DNA of 64,000 nucleotides from Octopus vulgaris (Eukaryota): NCBI GenBank assembly GCA_951406725.2, contig OX597815.1, positions 76,632,001 to 76,696,000 of the forward strand, read 5' to 3'. Shown piece by piece: positions 15,678 to 29,510 of this stretch (position 1 is its first letter; each line of letters starts with the position of its first letter). The notes under the pieces were generated by a model. It saw only the letters and a program-made list of their open reading frames with translations, ran no database searches and was not told where the DNA came from. The position numbers and the translations under genes were made by a program.

Positions 15678-16445
15678 GGGCGGCGAGCTGGCAGAAACGT
15701 TAGCACGCCAGGCGAAATGCTTAACGGTATTTCGTCTGCCGCTACGTGCTGAGTTCAAATTCCGCCGAGGTCGACTTTGCCTTTTATCCTTTCGGGGTCG
15801 ATTAAATAAGTACCAGTTACGCACTGGGGTCGATATGATCGACTTAATCCGTTTGTCTGTCCTTGTTTGTCCTCTCTATGTTTAGCCCCTTGTAGGTAGT
15901 AAAGAAATAGTATTTCGTCTGCCGCTACGTTCTGAGTTCAAATTCTGCCGAGGTCGACTTTGCCTTTCATCCTTTCGGGGCCGATTAAATAAGTACCAGT
16001 TACGCACTGGGGTCGATATGATCGACTTAATCCGTTTGTCTGTCCTTGTTTGTCCTCTCTATGTTTAGCCCCTTGTAGGTAGTAAAGAAATAGTATTTCG
16101 TCTGCCGCTACGTTCTGAGTTCAAATTCTGCCGAGGTCGACTTTGCCTTTCATCCTTTCGGGGCCGATTAAATAAGTACCAGTTACGCACTGGGGTCGAT
16201 ATAACCGACTTAATCCGTTTGTCTGTCCTTGTTTGTCCTCTTTGTGTTTAGCCCCTTGTAGGTAGTAAAGAAATAGGTATTTCATCTGCCGCTACGTTCT
16301 GAGTTCAAATTCTGCCCAGGTCAACTTTGCCTTTCATCCTTTCGAGGTCGATGAAATATGTGCCATTTACGCACTAGGATCGATGTAATTGACTAGCCTT
16401 CTTCCCCAAAATATTTTTAAGGCCTTGTGTCCAGAGTAGAAATAA
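15678..16445 (+). mobile_element. SINE followed by a tandem array of ~183-bp SINE body units (~4 copies)
   Basis: tatttc(g/a)tctgccgctacg recurs at 15728, 15911, 16094 and 16278. Units carry GAGTTCAAATTCC (B-box-like) and a Nin/Deu-domain-like gactttgcctttcatcctttcggggtcgat. Confidence 0.85.
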
Positions 16446-16924
16446 TTTTTGTTGGTGAGATTAGTCAACAAGACGCCAACGCACTGGTTCTACATTACTA
16501 TAACATTACATCTTAAATATACTCAGGCTACCTAAATCTTGTGAAAATAAATCTCGTTCTGCAGATAAATTTCTTCTTTCTATAATAACCAAATTCAAAT
16601 AACGCAGTACCGACCATTACTCTCAGATCGTGTACATCGATCATCTAGTCTTAGTACACACAGTATGCAAATTATTGTTTCACTTTGATAGGAGAAAAAT
16701 TCTGATTTTATGATTTTTATGCCTCTCCCGTGATTATAAGAGGTATTAAAGAAATGGTTTCAAGCATTAACCAAAACGGGTGTTCAACATTTTTCTCAAA
16801 GGTGTGGATAGTTGTAAATATATTGTGATCACACTAAATCTTAAGGAATTACTACACATTTTGGGATTATGAAAATACAATGATGGTAGAAATAACGTTG
16901 ATCTCAGTAATAGACACAAACAAC

Positions 16925-16995
16925 ATGATTTAGTTTCATTGTTTATTTCAACAGATGATGGATACATGTTTAAATCTGTTGGTCTTTGTAATGCC
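16925..16995 (-). other. Predicted non-coding terminal exon of locus A
   Basis: On the - strand, acceptor ttgtttttgttcttcttcAG at 16997-16996 and AATAAA at 16947-16942. Matching donor aag|GTatcg at 20988, 67 nt past the stop. Near-identical copy at 24584. 3' end approximate. Confidence 0.6.
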
Positions 16996-17079
16996 CTGAA
17001 GAAGAACAAAAACAATCTGATCAGAATTCATAGTTTCTTTTTCCCCCCCATCAACGCAGAGATACACGCATACATACAT

Positions 17080-17164
<85 letters not shown>

Positions 17165-18429
17165 GACACGCACGCGCGCATACACGCACACGCGCACATG
17201 CTCTCTTTCTCTCACTCACTCACACACATACTCTTTCTCTTACACACACACACTCTCTCTCTCACACACACATTTATATTTCCATAAAAGTTTGTACACG
17301 TTAAATAACCAACAACCACTTGAAAGTTTGTACACGTTAAATAACCAACAACCTCTTGAAATCACATATATAAATACTTTGTGAATATAGGTTATAACAC
17401 ATGAACAGAGCAAAATATGTTTAAAGGAATAAGAGATCAAGATCTGTGATATCGCAATATGTTCATTCCTACGACTGTTCCAATAATTCTTACATCTCAT
17501 GTTTTATACAATATGCATGAATCACATTTTCAGGGAATATTATCCATAGAGAAATATTCAGAATGCATTATAGACCCTCTCTTATACAGAATGTAAAATA
17601 CTAAATTGACCTTTAACAAACTGTAGATTTATCATATCACCATATAAGTTTTTTCTGCTGTAGTATCAAGGCAGTGTCAAGGGAAACAATTCTAGAGAAA
17701 AACGCGGTGTGCTAAAAGTTAAGGAGAAAATGTAGGATAATTGACAAGAAGGCGTATTGTCTGTCTTGTATCATGTTGCATGGCTGTATAACTATCAGTT
17801 CATGGTTATAAGAATATCCTGCAATGTAATAAGGTCATCAATTGAGATTTAACAGACAAAAAGTCGTCGTTTGATATACACATATACACATATGCAAGAA
17901 TGCTAATTGGAATAATCACATTCAGAAACGGGAGCATAGACTATTTATCGGCTCATAAAAACCTGTAATTATTAACATATAAACCCAAAGACATATTAAT
18001 ATTAATGTGAATATAGAAAAACATAAATAAATAAACATTAGTTGATAAAACAAATTATCAGAAAACATAAACTAAAAACAAAAATTAAAATGTTAAATTT
18101 AATCAAAAATTAAAACATCTAATTTAATCTCAATAAGTATTAAACGTGAAACTAAACCCATAAAATAACAATATCTCTGTGTAAATACACCTATGGAAAC
18201 ATAAAATCATAAATAACCTCACAAAATCAAATAAAATTAAACAAACATACATACATATACATATATGCACACACATGCACACATATCTTCACACATACAT
18301 ACACACACGTTCATCTTTATATCTTTTATGTGTTTGAGTATGCATTTAAAAGCTCCTACTTTATTATGCCGACTACGGCCTAATGATACCTACTAAGAAT
18401 TGTAGTTTTATGGGGTTGTACCGTGCTGT

Positions 18430-20635
18430 GCCGGTATAATGTTTTCATTCAGAGAACTCGGAGGCAGTGATGTCTCAAAAATTAACCCTAAACAGACAGA
18501 TCCGTCCCCTAATGTCAACGTCCAAACTTGTCATGCCTCAATGATAACAAAGCAAAATAAAAATCGGATCGGCCCTCACCCGGATCACCAAGGACAGCGC
18601 ACTCGAACAATGAACTAGATTTGATAGGAAAAGTCAGCTACTGGTTCAAATCTTCCTGAAACTCAGGAGCTGGAAATACCCCACAACTAGAATATTCCAA
18701 CAGATAGCCATTCATGTTCGTCATCAAATAACCAAAAGAAAAAGAATGAATAATGGTCTAGGGGAGATAATAAAGAAGTTCTTAAGGCCTTCTATCACGC
18801 CATATATTTCCACACAAATAAATCTTATACTGTACAAACCTACTTAAACTGGAGACAGAAACACATTGAAGTAAGACTCTACATAGACAGTAACAAACCT
18901 GCCAACGTTATGAAAAAGAAATTGCTAAGTGAATTAGAGATTGAGCAAATTAAACAATCAGTAAGGGATAAAAGGAACGAAGTTATAGCTAAAGAAAAGT
19001 TACTACGGAGGAAATAATCATAGACTAACCCAGACCTGATGAAAAAGCAATAATGATTGAAAAAGTTAATGTAACTGATAAGCAAAGTGAAATACTCTCT
19101 GAACCAACCATAAACACTAAGGAAGATGAAAATCAAATAGATGAAGAAAGTCACACAGAAATTGACGCAACAGAACTACATAATCTAAAATATGAAATCA
19201 TGATTGAATGGAGGAAAATTAAAGAAACCAGTATGAATGAAAGCACCACTCTCCCAAAAATTCGTAATTCTAACCAAAACCTGAAAGTAATTGGCAAAAT
19301 CCGCCTTGCACTTAAGATTATAATTTCAAATAATGATGTTGATATTACAGATCTCAATCACCTGTACTATACATCCGCGAAAATCTCAACGATTCTATGT
19401 GGGGAAAAGATTAAAAAACGATAACATTCCCACAAAAAGCCTACTTAACAAGAGCGCATTCAAAACCAAATTTAGTTACTTAGGTTTGACATAGAATGTT
19501 TAAAAAAACATTAAGTTTGACCAGACTATCAAATCAACAAAAGTCCGAAAATTAAAGAAAAAATATATGAAAACCATACTTGACATCAATACCATAGAAA
19601 CTATCAAGCAAAAGGTATATGCTAAAGTTAGCCGCATAGCAAGGTATGAAAAGCGCCTTAGATTCTACGAGGACAACAACATGTTAAAAAATAATCCAAA
19701 ATATTTATACAGGATGACAGGGAAAATACGTGTTACAGTTAAGTCTGTCCCATCAAAATAAGAAATGCAGGAATTTTGGAATAAAATTTGGGCAGAAGAA
19801 AAAACACAGAATGAAAAGGCCCCTTGTATTGATAGAATATCTACAGACTTTGATTCCTTAGAAGAGCAAATGTGGGAGGGTTTCAAGGTAGAGGACGTAA
19901 GATCTGCTCTCAAGAAGTCAAGCAAATGGAAATCTCCATGAAAAGATAACATTCTTAACTTCTGGTTGAATGGCTTCCTAGAGAGCCATGAACTGGTAAC
20001 AAAATTTTACAACAATGTTTTGCAATAACCTAGTATGATCCCCTCTTAGCTAGTTAATGGTGAAATATTCCTACATAAAAAAAAATGAAGAAACAAACTA
20101 ACCAAAAAATTATAGACTGATAAACTGCTTAACAACAATGTATAAAATACTTAACATCTGTCTTGACTGAATATACCTATAGCTTTTTAATAGAAAGTGG
20201 GATATCTTCTAATGAGAAAAAAGGATGTAAATGTAGGTCCTATGGTTGTAAAGTTCAGCTACTTATCAATAAGTGGCCTTGGAAAATCGTCACAAACAAC
20301 ACAAAATCTTGTCGATAGCCTGGATAGACTATAAAACGCTTTTGATAGTCTACCACATAGGTGGATTAAGAAATGTCTGGTAAATTATAAAATAGCACCT
20401 ACTCTGCGAACCTTCTTGTCTGTAAGTATGAGATCATGAAGAACGACACTGACTTTGAACAGTGACAATGAATCTCTCAATATTGGAGATGTAAGAATTT
20501 TATGTGGCATTTTCCAGGGTGACTCTCTATCACTGCTCCTCTTTTGTCTAGCCTTAATGCTGCTCTCGAAATTGCTCAATGATGTACAATACGGCTATAA
20601 AATGTTTGATAAAGATATAAATCATCTCATTTACT
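18430..20635 (+). mobile_element. Degenerate R4/Dong-clade non-LTR retrotransposon (3'-truncated) in the intron of locus A
   Basis: Motifs WKSP*KDNILNFW, KNYRLINCLTTMYKIL, KGCKCRSYGCK, AWIDYK..FDSLPH and GIFQGDSLSLLLFCLAL; many stops. Confidence 0.8.
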
Positions 20636-21055
20636 GTTTTTAAGCCAACGTTTTCAAAGAAGAGATTTGAAGCACTGGGAAGAATATTTACTCACAGTAA
20701 CATTAATTCCCAGTAGGCTTTTGATAGAGATTTCTATAATTAATCAACGAAATTTAAAAATACATAGCAGCTTTATTACAAAACACCATTGGCTTATTTT
20801 CCTTGAAATTTTTGCGTGGTATATTTATATCAGAAATCGAAGGATACACTCTACAGTGGCCTGGCAATATGTAAAGTAGGAATACAAAATTAGAAAGAGA
20901 ATACGAAAATCTGTGTGCTTATTTATATCAGGCTTGAATCAAATCTGTAAATACATAAAGCCATAATGCGCTTCATTATATACGATACCTTTTAAAGATT
21001 TTCGGAAGACTAAATTCTATTTCAGAAAACTAAGGACTTCGTTTTTCCTGATGCA

Positions 21056-21407
21056 TCATTTTCCATAACTGCCTGGGGCTCGAACAGGCCCTTTAGGGCA
21101 ACGGTTCTGTGGTGCAGGTTGTGTTCCATAACTGCCTGGGGCTCGAACAGGCCCTCCAGGGCAACGGTTCTGTGGTACAGTTCGTGGTACAAAACGTTTT
21201 TCTAGAGATAAAGCATCTTCAGCACCTCCAGCACTTCCAGCTCCAGACGCATTATCTTCAAAAAAAACTTTCACTTCGTTTTTCTAGAGCGGGTGGTGCA
21301 TCGACAGTACCCTCAGCATCTCTATTCAAAATTGCACTTCTTGCAAAACAACTTTCCAGAAGTCCAACCAGGAGGACTGCATAAATCAGGCAGACAATTT
21401 TGACCAT
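21056..21407 (-). CDS. Locus A: secreted prepropeptide (signal peptide, acidic pro-region, KR sites, repeated Pro/Gly/Cys C-terminal peptide ending YGK); +1 frameshift at an A8 run
   Basis: ORF-track frames 21258..21452 and 21056..21274 join if one base is removed at 21260-21271. Product: MVKIVCLIYAVLLVGLLESCFA-RSAILNRDAEGTVDAPPALEKRSE(V/S)FFEDNASGAGSAGGAEDALSLEKR-FVPRTVPQNRCPGGPVRAPGSYGTQPAPQNRCPKGPVRAPGSYGK*. Collinear with intact paralog B. Confidence 0.8.
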
Positions 21408-22404
21408 TTTGAAAATCTCGATAGTAAAATGACTTACTGTTGTCTGTTTCATCTCACTTTTATATCATTGATTCTGTCATTGTCCTGCAACATTCTCAAG
21501 TCGTACGCGTGTTTGGCTGCAGTTTTATTAATCCTTTGCTATACCTTCATGCTCTCAAAAAGCAATCTTAAAACAACTTATATTGCATATATTATTGATA
21601 CATCTGCTGATCACAGATTTAGTGTATTATAACCTAATCGAATTGATTATATTATTTAGATTATGAAAGGTGCTGCTACTTAAAGTATCATCTCTGGAAG
21701 TGTGTATTGGATTCTTTTGGTATCCGTTGCTGTATCTCACAATATTAAGAGAAGACCAGTGAAACAAGTTTACGATCAATATTTTCTCATAATAATGTGG
21801 CGAGCACTGTGGGGAAATGCTTAGCGGTATTTCGTCTCTCTTTATGTTCTGAGTTCAAATTTCGCCGAGGTCGACTTTGCCTTTCATCCTTCGAGGTTGA
21901 TAGATAAAGTACTAGTTGCGTAATGGGGGCGATCTAATCAACTGCCCCATCTCCCCAAATTTCGGGCCTTGTGTCTCGAGTAGAAAAGAATACTTTCTTA
22001 TAGTTAAAAGGTGATAGTTAGAAACAGTAGAACACCTAACATTATTAGCGCGTGTCCTGGTGCCTGTGTAGTTCGGATCATGATCATGAGGTGGCGAGCT
22101 CGATTCCTGGACAGAACAGAAAGATGTATCTTTAAGAAAACTACATCATTTCCCATTGTTCTAGTTTGCTGTAATGACTATCTGTTGGGTGCTGGTGCAG
22201 GCGTCTCATCCTCCATCTATTACACAATTGATGTAGGACCGAGATCTTGTGTGTGTCTATTTGCAACTATATGATACCTAAACGAATTCGCAGAACCAAA
22301 GCACATGCTATCAAGCCTCTTCGCATTTGCGAATGACGACTAGGTATGCTAGAAATGCTAACAATAGTTAAATATTGTGTTGGGAAGAAAACCTTACCTA
22401 TCAT

Positions 22405-22762
22405 ACCAACCACATGGTTCTGGGTTCAGTCCCACTGCTTGGAACCTTGGGCAAGTGTCTTCTTCTATAGCCTCAGGCCGATCAAAGCCTTGTGAGTGGA
22501 TTTGGTAGACGGAAACTAAAAAAAGACCGTCGTGTATATATGTATACGTTTGTGAGTCTGTGTTTGTTCCCCACCTAACATCGCTTGACAACCAATGCTG
22601 GTTTGTTTACGTCCCCGTAACTTAACGATTCAGCAAAAGAGACCGATAGAATAAGTACTAGGGTTACAAAGAATAAGTTTTGGGGTCGATTTGCTCAACT
22701 AAAGGCGGTGCTCCGGCATGGCCGCAGTCAAATGGCGGACACAAATAAAACGAATAAAAGAA
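22405..22762 (+). mobile_element. SINE, third family (internal CA/TG tract)
   Basis: ccacatggttctgggttcagtcccactg...ggcggtgctccggcatggccgcagtcaaatg plus A-rich tail. Reverse copies at ~175-735 and ~5985-6985. Confidence 0.75.
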
Positions 22763-24514
22763 TATAACCTATAAATTCTATTAAAGATAAGAACCATTTG
22801 AATTTCAGCGATCACGTTACCACCATTATTGCTGTTTAATAAAATGCGACAAACAAAATATCATATATTATATCTACGGTACTTATATTTTCTTTTATTT
22901 AAATTCATTTTGACTTTGGCTTAATTTGTGTGAAATGCAGGTACTTGGATATGAAAAGTAAATATTCTTCCTTGGATATATATACGCCAAGATACCTTAT
23001 TCAAAGCTGCTTCGTGTGACACTGATTGCTTAATTCAAACTTCAGCAAGCATTGTATACACCACCAAACATTCCAACTGCTGTTTGCATAAGTATAACCC
23101 CATACATTTCGGGCTGTTTTAGTTTTCGTAGTTGATGAATTGAAACAACGAAGAAACACGTGTATTCTACGATTTATTGACATAGTTCACTGCCCAAAGC
23201 AAAACATATATTTACACAAGCCCAGATAAAACATCTCCCGAGTCTATTTTTGCAGAAATAGTGTTTATCACATCCGATCACATATCGCAATATGTTCATT
23301 CTTACAGCTGTTTCGACATTTCTTGCATTGCATGTTTTATACAATATACAGGAATCACATTTTCAGGGAATTACTAATTTACTAATTTCTCAGCAAGCAA
23401 TGAATGAATGCCACCGAAATAAGATAAAAAAATTAAATTTACGCCACACTAGCTTCAACTCGGTAAAATAAAGACCTTGGTTCTTTGGTAAATAAATTTC
23501 CAGCTTGTCTCAGGGAGCAATCAAATGTGTTGCATTGTGTCACTGTTTGGAATAACCATTTATTATCGAAATACTAGAGGTTTCTCCTATTGATGAATTT
23601 TCCATCACAAAGGAACGCGCATTTATGTTGTGAACATTTTCGGATTACTTTCAAAAACTGAGTAATAATTCAACTTTTCTGCCGTTTTGATATTCAACAA
23701 CAAAACATACGGTTACATGGTTTGGTGTTTATTACATGACACCATGCACATGACCAGTGCGAAAGGGATCAAAAAGTTAATTATAAAAAGTCAGAAAATA
23801 AACTTATAAACATATAATCATTACAATAATATGTTGAGCAACACCTGACAAATTATCAAATGCTTAGCGGCACTTCATCTGCCGCTACGTTCTGAGTTCA
23901 AATTCCGCCGAGGTCGACATTGCCTCTCACCCTTTGAAGATCGGTGAAATATGTGCCATTTACGCACTGGGGTCGATGTAATCGACTAGCTCCCTTCTCC
24001 AAAATATTTTCAAGGCCTTGTGTCCAGCATAGAAATAATTTTTGTTGGTGAGATTAGTCAACAGGACGCCAACGCATTGGTTCTTCATTACTATAACATT
24101 ACATCTTAAATATACTCAGGCTACCTAAATCTTGTGAAAATAAATCTTGTTCTGCAGATAAATTTCTTCTTTCTATAATAACCAAATTCAAATAACGCAG
24201 TACCCACCATTACTCACAGATCGTGTACATCGATCATCTAGTCCTAGTATACATAGTATGCAAATTATTGATTCACTTTGATAGAAAAATTCTGATTTAT
24301 GATTTTTATGCCTCTCCCTTGAATATAAGTGGTATTAAGGAAATGGTTTCAAGCATTAACCAAAACGGGAGTTCAACATTTTGCTCAACAGTGTGGATGG
24401 TTGAAAATATATTGTGATCACACTAAATCTTAAGGAATTATTACACATTTTTGGATTATGAAAATACAATGATGGTAGAAATAACGTTGATCTCATTAAT
24501 AGACACAAACAACA

Positions 24515-24584
24515 TGATTTAGTTTCATTGTTTATTTCAATAGATGATGGATACATGTTTAAATCTGTTGGTCTTTGTAATGCC
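24515..24584 (-). other. Predicted non-coding terminal exon of locus B
   Basis: Polypyrimidine tract plus AG at 24586-24585 and AATAAA at 24536-24531. Donor caag|GTaacg at 28780, 57 nt past the stop. 3' end approximate. Confidence 0.6.
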
Positions 24585-24702
24585 CTGAAAAAGAACAAAA
24601 ACAATCTGATCAGATTTCAATTTCTTTTATTGTTTCTCCCGCTATCAACTCACAGATATACGCACGCGCGCACACACACACACACACACATGCACACACA
24701 CT

Positions 24703-24771
<69 letters not shown>

Positions 24772-25179
24772 TCTTTCACATACATTCCATAAAAGTTTGT
24801 ACACGTCAAATAACCAACTATATTAAAGCTCAACACAATATATAACCTCAACCTCTTGAAATCACATATATGAATACTTTGCGAATATATGCTATAACAC
24901 ATGAACAGAGCAAAATATGTTTGGAGGAATAAGAGAAACCAAGATCAGTGATATCGCAATATGTTCATTCTTACGGCTGTTTCGACATTTCTTACTTCGC
25001 ATGTTTAATACAATATTCAGGAATCACATTTTCAGGGAATATTGTCCATAGAGAAATATTTAGAATACATAATAAATCCCCTCTTATATAGAATGTAAAA
25101 TAGTAAATTGATCTTCAACAAACTGTAGACGAATCATATCACCATATGAGTTTTTTTTCTGTTGTAGTATCAGGTAGAA

Positions 25180-27178
25180 ATGTAAGAATTTACGGTCAGA
25201 AAGAACACCTGTATTTTATGGTCTCCCTAAAATACACAAAGAGTTCGAAAGTTTTCTTCCAATGCGTCCAATTTTCAGCGTATATGAATGCTGCACGGCC
25301 AGAATTTCGGAATGGCTGGATTACTTTCTACTCCACGTCGCAAAACGATCAAGTTCCTATATTCGGGATACCTTTGATTTTGTATCTAAAATCAACAACT
25401 TTTTAAAGCACCGAGTCCATATCGAGAACTGTATTTTGGTAACCACGGATGTTTCTTCTTTATATCCCATTATTGACCACAATGAAGGGGTAGAAGCATG
25501 CATGGATGCCTTCGAAAAGCGGTCAAACAAAATTATTCCATCAAATTTTTTCTATAGATTATTGAGGTTTGCATTAGAAAGTAACACAATGAAGTTTAGA
25601 CAAAGATTTTACCACCAGACGAAGTGTTGCGCCATGGGTAACCCCATTGCAGTTAATTTCGCTAATGTCTTCATGATGAAATTCGAGATACAGTCACTTA
25701 AGACATTCAAATCCCTTCATGGTCATGAACCAATACTCTGGTTACGGTTCATTGATGACGTATTTTTGTTTGGGAAGAATCACAGGATAGTTTAATGGGT
25801 TTCTTGCATTCCTGTGACTATTATGCTAGAAACTATGGCTTTAAGTCCAACAAAAAATTTACGTCTAGTTTTTCAAAAACTAGCGTTGAATTTTTGGGCA
25901 CAAAAGTCAAGTTTTCTGGAGGGAGAATAGTGACAAAGTTATTTTGCAAGCCTACATCATCTCACATTTATCTCCACCGCCGCTGAGATAATCCACATCA
26001 TCTTATTCGGTCAAACCCGATATCCCGATGTACTGACATAGGGGATTATTGGAAACATGCAAATGCTTTTGCATATCATTATGTCAAACGCGGTTACAGT
26101 GAATCACGATTAAAGGAAATAGCAAATGAAATAGCTAAGATTAGCAAAGATAGTCAAACCTTTACGCATAACTTTAGCAAAACAATACAATAGATGACAG
26201 AATTCCTTTAGTTATTAGCTGGCACCGACATTTCGCTGGCATTTCAAAAGTGTTGCATGAAAGTTACCAGCTTTTGGCGGGAAAATATCCTCGTTTCAAA
26301 CAGATATTTCCTCAGCCGCCTAGACGGAATAAGAATATAAGAGAATTATTGACCTCTATTTCTAACTCCAAGAAAACGAACATTGTAGTATCTGCACGCT
26401 GTACCTTAAAGAGCAGCCACAAGAGAGGTAAGCCCTGTTCATTGTGCAACAACATGAGTGAAGTGAATTCCACCAGAAATCATAACAGAAATGTTATGAT
26501 TTATACAAAAGGTGGAACATGCAAAGATTCCCATTTGGTGTATGCTACAGTATGCACGAAACACAACTTGATTTATGTTGGTTGTATAACAACAATTAAA
26601 CAAAAGATTTAATGGACACAGATTCGACGTCAGGCACACTAACAGTAGTTCGACATTTCGTTTCAAGCGGCTACAATTTTGAAGAAGGCATGAAAATACA
26701 TATTCTCAGAAAATATACTGAATCTGCTTCACTTTCACTTCTCAGAATGTATGAGGAGAAATATGTTTGCGGATTATTAACATATCGTCCTGGAGGAATA
26801 TATAAAATGACAGGGGAATATCATCAAATTTATACAAAACTATTTGATTAAATATTCTTCTTTTTCTCTTTTTCTTTCTCTTTTTTTTCTGTCGACTTCT
26901 TTTTTCTGTTTTTCCTGTCGTTTTCTTTTCGCCATTCATAAAATTGTAACTTAAAAACTGACGATGTCATTCCTTCAACGTGTGGACGCTGGTTGCTCTC
27001 GTTCATACTTTACGCTTGAATTTCTATAATTTTGAATTTTTATCACTTCTTATTTTGAACTTGACAAAGACAGACTTACTGTTGAAATATCGTTCAACCA
27101 ATCAAATATCTATTACAATCGAATCGCGCTCTTCGTCTTTACTGTTTAAATTTGTGAAGAGTTACGTCAATCACTTTT
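25180..27178 (+). mobile_element. Penelope-like retroelement (RT plus GIY-YIG), frameshifted, in the intron of locus B
   Basis: SYIRDTFDF, DVSSLYP, QTKCCAMGNP, WLRFIDDVF, KPTSSHIYLH, then CSLC...LVYATVCTKHNLIYVG (GIY-YIG). Degenerate hammerhead-like tail near 27056-27097. Confidence 0.88.
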
Positions 27179-27180
27179 AA

Positions 27181-27825
<645 letters not shown>

Positions 27826-28837
27826 CATGGATGGAAATTACAAATATTTCAAAGCATCGTTACGCGCTTTTCCATAAGTCACACGTTTCTTACGATCATA
27901 GTCCGTATTCCTGGGATGGTTACATTACAACCCGTAGTATCCATGGACATCGGGTGCATCATATTCATATAGATTATTATATTACAACTCTCCCACTCCC
28001 TTTTGTTATTTATTCTTTTTTCTATATTCTTTTCTTATTTTCTTTCTTACATTCCTAATTTTCTCTTCACAGTTATATTCTCCACTCTAACAGCGCTCTC
28101 TACACATTCTGATCGAACCTTCAGTATGTTGACATGTACTTCCTTCAGTATGATCTGAAGAATATTGTAGACTCCAGCATACAGTGTAATAAATGACATT
28201 GTATTGACATACATATTCCGTGGTTCGATAATCATTCATCAGAGAACAATACTCTTTTACTGTCGAAAGGAACTTATATCTATCGACATTTTAAAGTCAA
28301 ACTTAAACTAGAATTTAGCTTTGATAACTAAACAAATTTTGCATACCATGCTTTCCTCTGCAGTATGATTATCAATTATATTTATGATTCTAATACAACG
28401 TGTGTCAGAAAATCTAAGATAGATTTAAAATAGTATAATAATGCTCTTATCAATTGTACGTTTTCGAAGAAAGTTGATGAGATTCTAATTACTTGGAAGA
28501 ATGTATTTACTTACTACGACACTAGATGGAAGAATATTTCTATAATAAATCATCCCAATTAAAAAAATCCATTACTATTTCATTACAAAAACCCATGGTT
28601 TATTTTTTTAAAATTTGTTGTATTGTATATTTATTTTACAAAACGATGTCAGTGGCTTGACAGTATGTAAAACCCAAATACAAAATGATTAGAAAAAGAA
28701 TACAAGAATCTCTGAGTGCTTATTTTTATCAGCTTTGACTCTAATCTGTAAATTAAAACATAATTCATTGGAAACGTTACCTTGAAACAATTTTCAAAAG
28801 ACTAATTTATACTGAGAATATTGTTTTGCCTCAAGCA

Positions 28838-29116
28838 TCATTTTCCACGCCTTCGACAATTACGCTTTCCATAGCATTGGCTCATTGATGCAGATGACGC
28901 TAGTGAACGTTTTTCTATAGATAAACCATCACCAGCTCCTGATGCATCTTCAGCTCCAGACAAATTATCTTCATATAAAATTTCACTTCGTTTTTCCAAA
29001 GAGAAAGCATCACCAGCATCTTCAGTATCTTCGTTCAAAATTTCACTTCTTGCAAAACAACTTTCCAGAAGTCCAACCAGGAGGACTGCATAAATTAAAC
29101 AAATAATTTTGATCAT
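28838..29116 (-). CDS. Locus B: intact 92-aa secreted prepropeptide, paralog of A
   Basis: MIKIICLIYAVLLVGLLESCFA-RSEILNEDTEDAGDAFSLEKR-SEILYEDNLSGAEDASGAGDGLSIEKR-SLASSASMSQCYGKRNCRRRGK*. Hydrophobic signal peptide, acidic spacers, dibasic sites and Gly-basic amidation-type signals; caacATG start context. Confidence 0.85.
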   Translation of the reverse strand: MIKIICLIYAVLLVGLLESCFARSEILNEDTEDAGDAFSLEKRSEILYEDNLSGAEDASGAGDGLSIEKRSLASSASMSQCYGKRNCRRRGK

Positions 29117-29510
29117 GTTGAAAATTTCGATGGTTAAATGATTTAGTGTGGTCCGTTTCATCACATTTTTATATCATTTTATATCATTGGTTTTGTCATT
29201 GTTCTGTAACATACACAAGTCGTGCGCGTGTTTGGTTGCAGTTTTATTAATCCTTTACTGTACCTCCATGTGCGCAAAAATCCGTGTCAAAACAGCTTAC
29301 ATTGCAAATATTGTTGATACATATGTTGGTCGCAGACTAAGTGGATTTCGACTGAATATGATTGATTATGTTATTTAGATGATGAAAGGTACGACTACTT
29401 AACCATTATTCGTTGTAAGCGTGTTTTGGATTATATTAATATCCTTCGCTGTGTGTCTCTATGCTAAGAGAAAGCCAGTCAAGTTTATGATCAATATTTT
29501 CTCATTGATA

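Noticed and set aside
15678-16445. CRISPR-like array or true tRNA genes
   Set aside because: Eukaryotic SINE units without unique spacers; the tRNA-like heads do not form complete cloverleafs.
28838-28880. Resemblance of CYGKRNCRRRGK (and QNRCPKG in A) to vasopressin/conopressin-type nonapeptides
   Set aside because: The ring is C-x5-C rather than C-x4-C, the peptide is C-terminal rather than directly after the signal peptide, and there is no neurophysin domain.
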